From positions 38,827-102,826 of the forward strand of contig JASMKC010000029.1 of assembly GCA_030749415.1 (NCBI GenBank): a stretch of DNA of 64,000 bases, in the 5' to 3' direction. Below are positions 51,953 through 59,862 of the stretch, piece after piece. The notes under the pieces are model-generated. The model worked only from the letters and a program-made list of their open reading frames with translations, was not told where the DNA came from and did no database searches. Made by a program: the position numbers and the translations under genes. Origin of the DNA: Myxococcota bacterium (lineage in GTDB: Bacteria > Myxococcota_A > UBA9160 > SMWR01). Every line of letters starts with the position of its first letter. Within the stretch, counting starts at the first letter, position 1.

Positions 51953-52690
51953 CTATTGCCAGCCCTCGGATGCACCCCGAACCATCGCAAAGGGCCCGAC
52001 GGGCCAGTTGAAGCAGTCGACCATCAGTTGGTTCACCTGGTCGGGCGTTGCGACTCCCTCTTCCACCACTTGCTGGGCCTCGCGGATCATGGCGAAGTAG
52101 ACCCGGTTCGAGACGTACCCCCAGGACATGGGCGCGTCCTTCACCACCACCGGGTTCTTTCCGCAGCTGCGCGCAATGCTCTCGACGCTGGTGATCGTTT
52201 CAGGGCTCGTCTGCTCGGTGACGACGATCTCGGCGAATCGCATGATCACGGGCGGAGATGCCCAGTGCCAGCCGATCACCTGGTCGGGCCGGTCGGTTAC
52301 GGCCTGGAGCGCCGCGATGGGGAAGCCCGAGGAATTCGATGCCAGGATCGTTCCATCCGGTGCCAAGGCGTCGATGTCGCGAAACAGGCGCAGCTTGAGG
52401 TCGAGGCGCTCCGGCACGCACTCGACGACGAGGTCGCAATTCGCCGCCTCTTCCAGCGAATTCGTGAAGCGCAGCCGTCCATAAGCCGCTTCGGCGGCCT
52501 CTTTTTCGAGCTTGCCCCGTTCGACCGCACGTTCGAAGCCGTAGCGCCCCTTCCGGACCTGCTCCTGTGCCAGCGAAAGTGCCTCTTCCGACACGTCGGT
52601 GCACACGGTGGGGTGACCCGCCGTCGCCAGGGTCTGCGCGATTCCGCTACCCATCACGCCGGCTCCGATTACTCCGATGCTCGAAGTCAC
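51953..52690 (-). CDS. 3-hydroxyacyl-CoA dehydrogenase family protein
   Basis: GVIGAGVMGSGIA, VECVPE..LK, ASNSS, GWHWASP, GYVSNR, PVGPF. Confidence 0.9.
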   Translation of the reverse strand: MTSSIGVIGAGVMGSGIAQTLATAGHPTVCTDVSEEALSLAQEQVRKGRYGFERAVERGKLEKEAAEAAYGRLRFTNSLEEAANCDLVVECVPERLDLKLRLFRDIDALAPDGTILASNSSGFPIAALQAVTDRPDQVIGWHWASPPVIMRFAEIVVTEQTSPETITSVESIARSCGKNPVVVKDAPMSWGYVSNRVYFAMIREAQQVVEEGVATPDQVNQLMVDCFNWPVGPFAMVRGASEGWQ

Positions 52691-53922
52691 GATTTGTCTC
52701 CTCCTTTCGGTTCCGCCGCGAGCGTTTCCACGAGGCGGTGCAGCGTCTCGGGTGTGTTGCGGCTGGGATCCTCTACGACGCAGTGGGTGAGGAAGGCGAG
52801 GGTCCGCCCCACGTGCGGCCCGGGGCCGCAGCCCAGCAGCCGCATCACCTCCTTGCCGTCGATCGCGAGATCGCGGCGGCGGAGGGCGAGGTCCCCCGCT
52901 TGGCGGACGCGTTCGAAAGCCGCCACCAGGGCTTCTAGCTGCGCGAGGCCGGCGACCGCGCGGGGCGTTCCGGCCGACTCGCCGACGCGCAATTCGGCAT
53001 GCCGCAGGGCCACCAGGTCATCCGCTCGCTCGGGACCGATCTGCTTCAGATGGCGTCTGACCGCGACGTCGCGCTGCGTGTCGACGTTCCATTCCACCGG
53101 GTGCCAGCGCAGGAGGTCCGCGACGCTATCTGTCGTGCGCCGTGCGAAGCGCAACTTGCGGAGGATTGCGGTCGGGCGCGCTCCGCGCAGCCAGCCCGCG
53201 AGTCGGAGTTCCAGTCGAGCCGGCAATGCCTCGACCACGGCGGCGGCGTCCGGGGCGGCAGCGGGAGCGAGCCGGGCCTCGAGACCGCCATCTCGAAGCA
53301 GCCGGAGACCTGTCGCCACCCCCGGTGCGAGCAGCAGTGTCACCAGTTCGTGGCGGACGCGCTCGCGAGCCACGCGCGAGAGTGCGGGCACCGCATCGCC
53401 GAGTGCCTGTGCGAGTTCGTCGTCGATCTCCAGGCCGTGGGTGGCCACCAAGCGGACGGCGCGAAGCGCCCGCAGGGGATCTTCGGCCAGTCGATCGGCA
53501 GCGCATCGAACCGCGCGCAAACGTCCCTTGGCGAGATCCGATCGGCCGTCGAAGGGGTCGAGTAGCTCGCCCCGTCCGGGATGCCAGGCGAGCGCGTTGA
53601 CGGTGAAGTCTCGGTGGCCCAGATCCTCTTCGATGTCGTTGCCCCGCAGCGTCGTGATGTCGACTGGACCGGCCGGGGTGGGCACCATGACGGTTCCGAA
53701 GCGCAGACCGATCGGTACCGCGCGCGGGAAGCGGGATAGCACGGCCTCGGGCGGTGCCGCCGTCGCCAGATCGAAGTCGCCGGGCGGCTTTTCGCACAAC
53801 AGGTCGCGCAGGCCTCCGCCCACGATCCAGGTGGCGTAGCCCGATGCTTCCAGGGCTTCGGCCAGGGCGCATACCGGTTCCGGAATTCCATCGATCTCGA
53901 GGCGCAAAGGGGAGGGCTCCAT
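52687..53922 (-). CDS. class II tRNA nucleotidyltransferase (probable CC-adding type)
   Basis: VGGGLRD..DFDLAT, RDFTVNA, EDPLRALRAVR, ERVRHEL; flexible loop absent; ATG 53922. Confidence 0.85.
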   Translation of the reverse strand: MEPSPLRLEIDGIPEPVCALAEALEASGYATWIVGGGLRDLLCEKPPGDFDLATAAPPEAVLSRFPRAVPIGLRFGTVMVPTPAGPVDITTLRGNDIEEDLGHRDFTVNALAWHPGRGELLDPFDGRSDLAKGRLRAVRCAADRLAEDPLRALRAVRLVATHGLEIDDELAQALGDAVPALSRVARERVRHELVTLLLAPGVATGLRLLRDGGLEARLAPAAAPDAAAVVEALPARLELRLAGWLRGARPTAILRKLRFARRTTDSVADLLRWHPVEWNVDTQRDVAVRRHLKQIGPERADDLVALRHAELRVGESAGTPRAVAGLAQLEALVAAFERVRQAGDLALRRRDLAIDGKEVMRLLGCGPGPHVGRTLAFLTHCVVEDPSRNTPETLHRLVETLAAEPKGGDKS

Positions 53923-53951
53923 CCCGGCCGAGTGTAACGGGTCCGGCGGGT

Positions 53952-54770
53952 CTAGAGGCGCTCGAACTTCGGGTGGCGCTTCTCGAGGAAGGAGTTCACG
54001 CCCTCGCGGAAGTCCGGGCGCTGAAAGCTCTCCAGCATGAGACGCACCGATTCCTTTTCGACGGACCCGAGCCGCTCGTGCAGGCTCTCGTAGACCTGGC
54101 GCTTCATGATCGCCAGCGAACTGGGGGAGCAGCTCGTGGCGAGTTCGCGGGCGTATTCGCGAGCGAAGGGCAGCAGCTCGTCGTGGGGGAGTACCCGGTT
54201 GACGAGGCCGATCCGTTCGGCCTCGGCGGCGTCGAAGACCCGCGCCGAGAGCAGGATATCGAGGGCGTGGGCGGGGCCGACGAGACGCGTCAGCAGCCAA
54301 CTCACACCCCACTCGGCAACGAGACCGCGCTGTGAGAAGGCGGTGGTGAAGCGCGCGCGGTCGGACGCGAAGCGCAGGTCGCACGCCAGCGCGATTGGAA
54401 CCGCCATACCGGCTACGGGTCCATTGATCGCGGCGATGACGGGCTTGCGCATCGACATCGGAAAGGTGTAGGTGCCGCGGAAATCCTCCATCGTGGCGTC
54501 GCCCGGGTCGGCCTCGAGTCCTTCGGGAATCTCGCGGCCCCGGCTGCCCTTCCCGAGCGCCTGGAGCCGCTTCAGGTCTGCCCCGGAGCAGAAGCCGCGC
54601 CCGGCGCCGGTCAGCAGGATCGTCACCACTCGCGGATCCCCTTCGGCTTGCGCCAGCGCGTGCTTCACCTCGGCACTCATTCGATCGGTCCACGCATTGA
54701 GGACCTCGGGTCGGTTGAGGGTCAGGGTGGCGATGGGATCTTCGATTTCGTAGAGGATCTCTTTGTACAT
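53952..54770 (-). CDS. enoyl-CoA hydratase/isomerase family protein
   Basis: LNRPEVLNA, FCSGADL, KPVIAAING, DFREGV..FLEKR. Confidence 0.92.
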   Translation of the reverse strand: MYKEILYEIEDPIATLTLNRPEVLNAWTDRMSAEVKHALAQAEGDPRVVTILLTGAGRGFCSGADLKRLQALGKGSRGREIPEGLEADPGDATMEDFRGTYTFPMSMRKPVIAAINGPVAGMAVPIALACDLRFASDRARFTTAFSQRGLVAEWGVSWLLTRLVGPAHALDILLSARVFDAAEAERIGLVNRVLPHDELLPFAREYARELATSCSPSSLAIMKRQVYESLHERLGSVEKESVRLMLESFQRPDFREGVNSFLEKRHPKFERL

Positions 54771-54829
54771 GGCTGCTCTCCGGTGGATGTGTCCAGCCTA
54801 CCAGGAGAAGGTCCGGGGAGGCATGGCTC

Positions 54830-56122
54830 CTAGTTGCGGAGCGGCCGCCTTCGTTCGAAGCGAAAGGCTGCCCCGCGGCTGAGCTTCGCCAGCCGGAGCT
54901 CCTCGGGCATTTCCCGGGGCTCGGCGCCCGGGTCGATTTCCACGTTCCAGGCGAGTGTCCCGGTGTCGGGGCTCGCCACCGGCCGGCAGCGTGCCCTTGA
55001 ATTTACGCTTCCCGCGATGGCGTCGAGCGCTCGGTGGGGCGCCGCGTCGAGTCCCGCGAGCCAGGAGTACGGGTCTGCTTCCCGCAGCGCCGGGCAGTCG
55101 CGGATCGCAATGCGTGCGCTTCGCGACCCGGTGATTTCGATGCGGAAGTCCACATAGCTGCGCGGGTGGAAGCAGGGGTGGATCTGGAACACCTTGGCCA
55201 CTGCCTCGATGTCGTCGCCAGCGATGCCCATCGGTTCGCGGATCCGTTCCGCCGTGAGGGCCGCGGTGCCCGTCCACTGGGCCTCTGCCAGCTCGGTGGC
55301 CGCCGCAGTGTCCAGGCGTTGGGAAACAGCGAGCAAGAGCGACCGTGCCAACAGGTGGCTTTGCAGCGCGACCTCCCGGTTCACGCCGACGAGTGCCCGG
55401 TGTGAGAGATCCTCCAGCTGGAAGTCGGGGTCGAAAGGTCCCGAGTAGTCTGGCCAGCCGCCGGGCTCGCCGTCGTTCCCGGGCACTTCGATCGGAAGGC
55501 AGGCGGCTTTCGATGCTCGGACGCGTTCGAGGTTCGGGTGCTGCTCGTAAGGCTCGGCCTCATCGCCAATGAAGACCTTCCACCGGCAGTGGGGATGCCG
55601 GTCTGCCGGTGTGCGCGGCGGACGGTGGATCGGCCGCATCTTCATGCACGGATGGGTGGCGGCGGCTGTCGCATCAAAGGTCGGGTCTTCGATGTCGTGG
55701 CACATGAGCTTCACACTGGCCTCCCCGAAGGGCTCGACATCCATCAGAGCGCCGCAGTGCGCGAGCCAGAACTCGCCGTATTCGGGGCTGTCGAGGCGGA
55801 ACTGGAAGTCCATGAACTGTTGCGGCGCACCGATGTCGAGCTGGAGGTTCTTGAAGACCGTGCCGACGTCCCGGCCCTCGAACCCCAGGACCTTCTGCAT
55901 CCGGAGCGTGTAGATCGGGCTCGCCCCCATCCACTCCTCGACCGCACAATGGAAATAGGACTTGCCTCCGGAGTGCTTTGCGACGAGGGGGAGGCCGACG
56001 CGATCCTGGAGATGACCGTTCAGGAGATACTCGCGTCCCAGGTCGGCGAGGGCCTGGCGGGAAAAATCCGCAAGGCTGAGGTCGGGGTCGAAGCGGCCGG
56101 AATAGTCTTTGCGCAGCGCCAT
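54830..56122 (-). CDS. hypothetical protein with internal two-domain duplication
   Basis: 430 aa; DYSGRFDPDLSLADFS.. vs DYSGPFDPDFQLEDLS..; conserved Cys in both halves. Confidence 0.75.
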   Translation of the reverse strand: MALRKDYSGRFDPDLSLADFSRQALADLGREYLLNGHLQDRVGLPLVAKHSGGKSYFHCAVEEWMGASPIYTLRMQKVLGFEGRDVGTVFKNLQLDIGAPQQFMDFQFRLDSPEYGEFWLAHCGALMDVEPFGEASVKLMCHDIEDPTFDATAAATHPCMKMRPIHRPPRTPADRHPHCRWKVFIGDEAEPYEQHPNLERVRASKAACLPIEVPGNDGEPGGWPDYSGPFDPDFQLEDLSHRALVGVNREVALQSHLLARSLLLAVSQRLDTAAATELAEAQWTGTAALTAERIREPMGIAGDDIEAVAKVFQIHPCFHPRSYVDFRIEITGSRSARIAIRDCPALREADPYSWLAGLDAAPHRALDAIAGSVNSRARCRPVASPDTGTLAWNVEIDPGAEPREMPEELRLAKLSRGAAFRFERRRPLRN

Positions 56123-56185
56123 GGACCGCCGTTCCTGTTTCGGGAAAGGACCCTCGGATGCCCGGACGCTCGAGGGTGTCGCCTG

Positions 56186-57010
56186 TCAGCGACTGTGGAG
56201 TGCGTACATGATGTCCTGCGCCGTGCCGCAGCTCGCGTTCTGGTTCATGCCGGTGAAGATGTTTCCGTCCTTCGTCCGGTGGTTCGTGAACAACTCGTGC
56301 ACGGCGTCGTGGTCTTCTTCGAAGTTCGCTCCGACACGCCGGAGTTCCGTCTCGGGGTGCATGGGGGTGCAGGTGATTCCGAGTGCCGCGACGGCTTCGT
56401 CCGTCACACCGGTGACGCGTCGGTCGCGCAACAGCGGTTTGCCGTTTTCGTCGCGGGCCTGGATCAAGCCCAGGGGTCCGTGGCAGACCGCACCGAGAAG
56501 CGCTCCCGAGGCGTTTGCCTGCGTGATCTTGTCTCCGAGGACCTTGGATTGGCCGAGATCGAAGGCCGCCCCCCAGCCCCCGGCGAGGAAGATGACGTCG
56601 TATTTCGTGAAGTCTACGCCGTCGATCTCGAGTGAGTTCTGCATCTTTTCCTGCAGCACCGGATCCTTCGCGTAGCGGGCTTCGTATGGGCCGGCCAGCG
56701 GCCAGTCCAGCATCCCCGGCTCGATCGGAATCTCTCCCCCCTGAATGCTCGCGACGTCCACTTCCATTCCTGCATCGAAGAACTCGTAGTACGGATGCAT
56801 GAGTTCCGAAGCTGCGACGCCGGTCGTGCCGCCCTTCTCACCGCACATCGTCGAGTGGCTCGTCGAGATCACGAGTGCGGATTTTCCGTCGAGGTTTTTC
56901 TCGAATTTCGGGCATTCGGGATGCAGTCCCAGGGCGTAGAGGAGGCGCGGTGCACCGAGCCAGACCGCCAGGGCGACCAGGGCGACACCGATCAGAATTT
57001 TTTTGAACAT
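56186..57010 (-). CDS. DJ-1/PfpI (type 1 glutamine amidotransferase-like) protein with N-terminal anchor
   Basis: SELMHPY, AGGWGAAFD, AVCHGP, TGMNQ; ATG 57010. Confidence 0.87.
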   Translation of the reverse strand: MFKKILIGVALVALAVWLGAPRLLYALGLHPECPKFEKNLDGKSALVISTSHSTMCGEKGGTTGVAASELMHPYYEFFDAGMEVDVASIQGGEIPIEPGMLDWPLAGPYEARYAKDPVLQEKMQNSLEIDGVDFTKYDVIFLAGGWGAAFDLGQSKVLGDKITQANASGALLGAVCHGPLGLIQARDENGKPLLRDRRVTGVTDEAVAALGITCTPMHPETELRRVGANFEEDHDAVHELFTNHRTKDGNIFTGMNQNASCGTAQDIMYALHSR

Positions 57011-57095
57011 TCTGTGGCTTCTCCAGCGCCCGGATCGGCGGGGTCTGGTAACGCTAGCCGAGAGCACACTGCGAGTGAAGTGCCCGGCCGCAGAC

Positions 57096-58418
57096 TCACT
57101 CGATTCCGAGCCGCTTCATCTTCTTGTGAAGTCCCTCGCGGGTGAGTCCGAGCCTGCGTGCGGTCGCGGCGCGCCGGCCCGCGTGACCGTCGAGCGCGCG
57201 CCGGATCAGAAATGCTTCGATGCGAGCGAGGGTCTCGCGGAGGGTGTCGCCCGGTTGGAGGTGAGCCTCCACGGGATCGAGGATTGCCCCGAGTCGTTCG
57301 GATAGATGCTGGGGCGTGAGCGTCTCGCCGGACTCGGCCATCGCAAGCGCGCGCTGGATCTCGTTCTCGAGTTCGCGAACATTGCCGGGCCAGTTATGCG
57401 AGAGCAGCAGCCGACATGCCTCGGGTGAGAGGTCGACGTTCGACTTGCCCTCTGTGGCGCCGTGGAATGCGAGGAAGTGGTGCGCAAGAGGGATCACATC
57501 CGTCGGGCGTTCGCGGAGCGGAGGCAGCGGGATCGGGAAAACCGCGAGCCGGTAGTAGAGATCTTCGCGAAAGCGCCCATCGACTGCGTCGCGGAGAAGG
57601 TTGCGGTTGCTCGCGGCCACGACGCGCACATCGATGTGCCGGCTGTGCGAGCCGCCGACCCGGCGCACCTCGCGCTCCTGGAGCGCGCGCAGCAGCTTGG
57701 CCTGGAAGGGGCCGGACGTTTCGCTCACCTCGTCGAGGAAGAGAGTGCCGCCGCCGGCCGCCTCGAAGAGCCCCACCTTGTCGCGGTCGGCGCCCGTGAA
57801 CGCTCCGCGCACGTGACCGAAGAGCTCACTCTCGAGCAGCGTGTCGGGAAACGCCGCGCAGTTGACAGCGACGAAGGCGCCGTCGCATCGGGGGCTCGCC
57901 TGGTGGATGGCTCGCGCCATCACCTCCTTGCCCGTGCCGGTCTCGCCCGACAGCAGCACGGTGGCGCGGGAGCGCGCGGCGACGGCGACGAGCCCGAGAG
58001 CCCGGGTCATGGCGGGTCCGGAGCCGATGATTTCAGAAAGGGCGGCACGCCGTGTCCGGCGCCGCACCCGAAACAGGTTCTCTACCTCGGCCAGGAGGTC
58101 GCGGTCCTCTCGGGATCCACCCCGAAGCACCACCTCGGCCGCGCCGGCGCTGCGGAGTTCGCCGCCGCGTTGGGCCTCGCGGGGCGCAAGGCGCACCAGC
58201 ACGGGCGCGTCGGTGGCCCGCTTGAGCTCCTTCAGGGCGCCCAGTGCCGTGTCGGCCCCGGTGTCGAGCACCACTGCGTGGAAGCCGTCGCGTGCGAGAC
58301 GGACACCCTGTGAGGCATCGCATTCCCAGACCACATCGAATGTAGGTGCCTCGCTCACAAGGTCGGCCAGGAACCGGCTGGCGGCTCCGATCCACAGCAC
58401 GCAACGAATCGATCCCAC
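57096..58418 (-). CDS. sigma54-dependent transcriptional activator (bEBP) with degenerate receiver domain
   Basis: [43 protein letters not shown]-terminal HTH; GTG 58418 with GGAG RBS. Confidence 0.92.
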   Translation of the reverse strand: MGSIRCVLWIGAASRFLADLVSEAPTFDVVWECDASQGVRLARDGFHAVVLDTGADTALGALKELKRATDAPVLVRLAPREAQRGGELRSAGAAEVVLRGGSREDRDLLAEVENLFRVRRRTRRAALSEIIGSGPAMTRALGLVAVAARSRATVLLSGETGTGKEVMARAIHQASPRCDGAFVAVNCAAFPDTLLESELFGHVRGAFTGADRDKVGLFEAAGGGTLFLDEVSETSGPFQAKLLRALQEREVRRVGGSHSRHIDVRVVAASNRNLLRDAVDGRFREDLYYRLAVFPIPLPPLRERPTDVIPLAHHFLAFHGATEGKSNVDLSPEACRLLLSHNWPGNVRELENEIQRALAMAESGETLTPQHLSERLGAILDPVEAHLQPGDTLRETLARIEAFLIRRALDGHAGRRAATARRLGLTREGLHKKMKRLGIE

Positions 58419-58456
58419 GGTGCATCTCCGGCTTCCCCCCCGATCCCGGCACAGAG

Positions 58457-58472
58457 AGCAAGGTGCGTGCCG
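58457..58472 (-). promoter_or_regulatory. sigma54 (-24/-12) promoter of the bEBP gene
   Basis: Minus strand CGGCACG-CACC-TTGCT, correct GG-N10-GC spacing, about 40 nt upstream of the start. Confidence 0.65.
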
Positions 58473-58588
58473 CTGGAAGCGCACCGGAAGGCGCGTGAGT
58501 GCCCGGTGTAGCCAGAATCGGCCGGGTAGTGATCGCGGGCGGCCGGGTGTGAAGCTGTGGCGTGTGGACCCGGCCGATGGGGGTTCAC

Positions 58589-58636
58589 GCCGCCGGGATT
58601 CCGAACGGGGCCCTTCCGTGGGCCGCCGGGATCCGA
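58589..58636. repeat. direct repeat, candidate upstream activator sequence
   Basis: GCCGCCGGGATTCCGA (58589) and GCCGCCGGGATCCGA (58622), 33 bp apart, about 120-165 bp upstream of the sigma54 site. Confidence 0.35.
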
Positions 58637-58667
58637 CGCCACCCGCTGTCGGGTGCGACCCCTCGGA

Positions 58668-59009
58668 TCAGACGAGTGCTGCGTCCCCGCCGTCTCCGGT
58701 GCGGATGCACACTGCGTTGTTCACCGGCAGAACGAAGATTTTTCCATCACCGCTCGAGCCGGTTCGGGTCGCATCGCGCAGTTGCATGACGACCTTGTCC
58801 GCCAGGTCATCGGGCACGATGACCTCGATGAAAAGATTCGGTAGGGAATCAATTACGACTTCGGTGCCGCGGAAGAATTCACTATGGCCCTTTTGCCGGT
58901 TGAATTCCGTGACTTCGCTCACCGTCATGCCCGCCACGCTGAGTTCGCCGAGGGCTTGTTTCGCATCGTCGAGCTTGAACGGTTTGATGATGGCCTGGAC
59001 CTTCTTCAT
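58668..59009 (-). CDS. P-II family nitrogen regulator, non-canonical
   Basis: MKKVQAIIKPFKLDD, RQKG, TG..GDGKIF, IRTG; colinear with GlnB but key residues substituted; ATG 59009 with GGAG RBS. Confidence 0.9.
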   Translation of the reverse strand: MKKVQAIIKPFKLDDAKQALGELSVAGMTVSEVTEFNRQKGHSEFFRGTEVVIDSLPNLFIEVIVPDDLADKVVMQLRDATRTGSSGDGKIFVLPVNNAVCIRTGDGGDAALV

Positions 59010-59119
59010 GCCGTGTCTCCAGGTGGGATCAACTGCTTTCGCTTGCTGCAGATGCAAGAATGAAACCGGCCGGTCCATCTGTCGCATCCATCGAGCCTCT
59101 GGCTCTGGACGGGCGATCG

Positions 59120-59134
59120 GCAACAGCCGTGCCA
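59120..59134 (-). promoter_or_regulatory. sigma54 (-24/-12) promoter of the PII gene
   Basis: Minus strand TGGCACG-GCTG-TTGC, exact consensus match in the intergenic region. Confidence 0.78.
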
Positions 59135-59262
59135 TGGTCACAGGCGCCGGTTCGCGTGGATTCGTACACGCAAGCCGGACCCAGCGGACTCATCGAGCGA
59201 CGGGGAGTGGGGGGCTGCCCGGTGGCTTTGACTGTCTTTCCGTGACGTGTGCAGGCCACGCG

Positions 59263-59586
59263 TCAATCGATGTGCGCGGCGCTCTCGTGTTCCGCCCCGT
59301 TCTGTTCCTTCTCGGACGCGTGCGTGAGCCAGATCGGGTTGAGTCCGTGCTTGTCCATCTTGGCGTAGAGTGTGCGGCGGCCGATGCCGAGCAGGCGCGA
59401 GGCTGCGGAGCGGTTGCCGCTGGTTTCGCGCAATGCCTGGGCAATTCGCCACGCTTCGGCGAGCGCCACCCACTCGCGCAGCGAAAGCGGGCGACCCGCG
59501 TTGGCGCGGCGCGTCCTGGCCTCGAGCTCTGCCAGGCTGAGGGACTCGATCGCGACCTCGGAGTTGGGCCGGTGCGCGTAAGCCAT
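59263..59586 (-). CDS. stand-alone Fis-type helix-turn-helix protein
   Basis: 107 aa; EAWRIAQALRETSGNRSAASRLLGIGRRTLYAKMDKHGL is an HTH_8 domain; no AAA+ domain. Confidence 0.8.
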   Translation of the reverse strand: MAYAHRPNSEVAIESLSLAELEARTRRANAGRPLSLREWVALAEAWRIAQALRETSGNRSAASRLLGIGRRTLYAKMDKHGLNPIWLTHASEKEQNGAEHESAAHID

Positions 59587-59599
59587 CTCAAGCTTTTAG

Positions 59600-59615
59600 T
59601 GCAAGCTCCGTTCCA
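59600..59615 (-). promoter_or_regulatory. sigma54 (-24/-12) promoter of the Fis-like gene
   Basis: Minus strand TGGAACG-GAGC-TTGCA followed by AT-rich CTAAAAG; predicted +1 near 59589. Confidence 0.68.
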
Positions 59616-59862
59616 GGCTTCGGACACGCCGGAGAGTCTCTCGGGCGATCGAGAGTGCGCCGCTGCACGCGACGCGGGCAGACCTGCTCAACTCGTAGGC
59701 GGCGGCACGGCTCCCGGGCAGTCCTTCGTCCAGTGCCCCGGGGAAGCACTCGCCGAGGGGGGCAGAGGGTCTCGTGCATTTCCAATTGCCGCGGTGGTCT
59801 CGAGCCAGATTCTCCCAAAGTTCTGTTCGAGCCGCTGACCGAGCGGCCGGAGCCGGCGGGTG

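Noticed and set aside
59620-59860. GC-rich hairpin (CCCGGGCA..TGCCCCGGG) as a riboswitch or ncRNA
   Set aside because: No known riboswitch consensus recognised, and it lies upstream of the predicted promoter; it would need an Infernal/Rfam search.
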